DNA from: Marsupella aquatica
Lineage: Eukaryota > Plantae > Marchantiophyta
Direction: 5' to 3'
DNA: 64,000 nucleotides
NCBI GenBank assembly: GCA_973895155.1
Contig: OZ316896.1
Location: 14,230,584 to 14,294,583 of the forward strand
Under the pieces are notes generated by a model. The model was not told the DNA's origin, made no database searches, and saw only the letters and a list, made by a program, of their open reading frames with translations. Below, piece by piece: positions 63,616-64,000 of this stretch; position 1 is the first letter of the stretch; the number at the start of each line of letters is the position of its first letter. A program made the translations under genes and the position numbers.

Positions 63616-64000
63616 CGCTCCCTGTGTTCTATTCTACCTAGGACAGAGCGCACAAAATTTAGCACCGACGCAGCAGCCCGAGAAAGATCTAGCGAGCCTA
63701 CAATGAACAGCAAATCATCACCGGAGCTAACAGAGAGATAGACTATACTGGTGATATGCAGCTCAGCAGACGGGGAGACTTGAGACGCAAGCTCGTGCCC
63801 AGAAGGAAGACGTAGGCCTCGTTCAGACTTCGCAAAGAGCAGAAAATATTTAAAGTGCCTAGGAGGACAACTACGCCGAGAAGGAGCCCGGAAACGCAAA
63901 TGCTGCCCACCACACTCATCCACTGCGATCTCAAACCTCAGAGAAAGAACAGAAACTACGAATCCACTCCGAGACCACTCAGAGCTATTCCAACACCAGT

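Overview
Eukaryotic, intron-containing, transposon-rich DNA from a land plant, most likely a non-seed plant such as a bryophyte (inference from gene content). Host genes: a complete 18-exon HAP2/GCS1 gamete fusogen (41289-53164, +), an 8-exon POLD3 (54716-57960, -), two conserved uncharacterised plant proteins, and a probable tiny acylated Gly/Cys-rich protein. Repeats: a young Ty1/copia element with an internal inversion, a solo LTR, a non-autonomous Helitron, LINE remnants and MITE-like foldbacks. The most notable feature is the first ~9 kb, a Mutator-like (MULE) element. Its decayed GCM-DDE-SWIM transposase is head-to-head with an intact spliced gene encoding a ParB-like domain plus a degenerate beta-class N4/N6 DNA-methyltransferase fold. 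An 18-bp palindrome (GCTAGCGA-N2-TCGCTAGC) recurs only in the element's non-coding parts, suggesting a parS/ParB-like or VANC-like self-recognition or anti-silencing system. All calls come from manual reading; no database searches were run.
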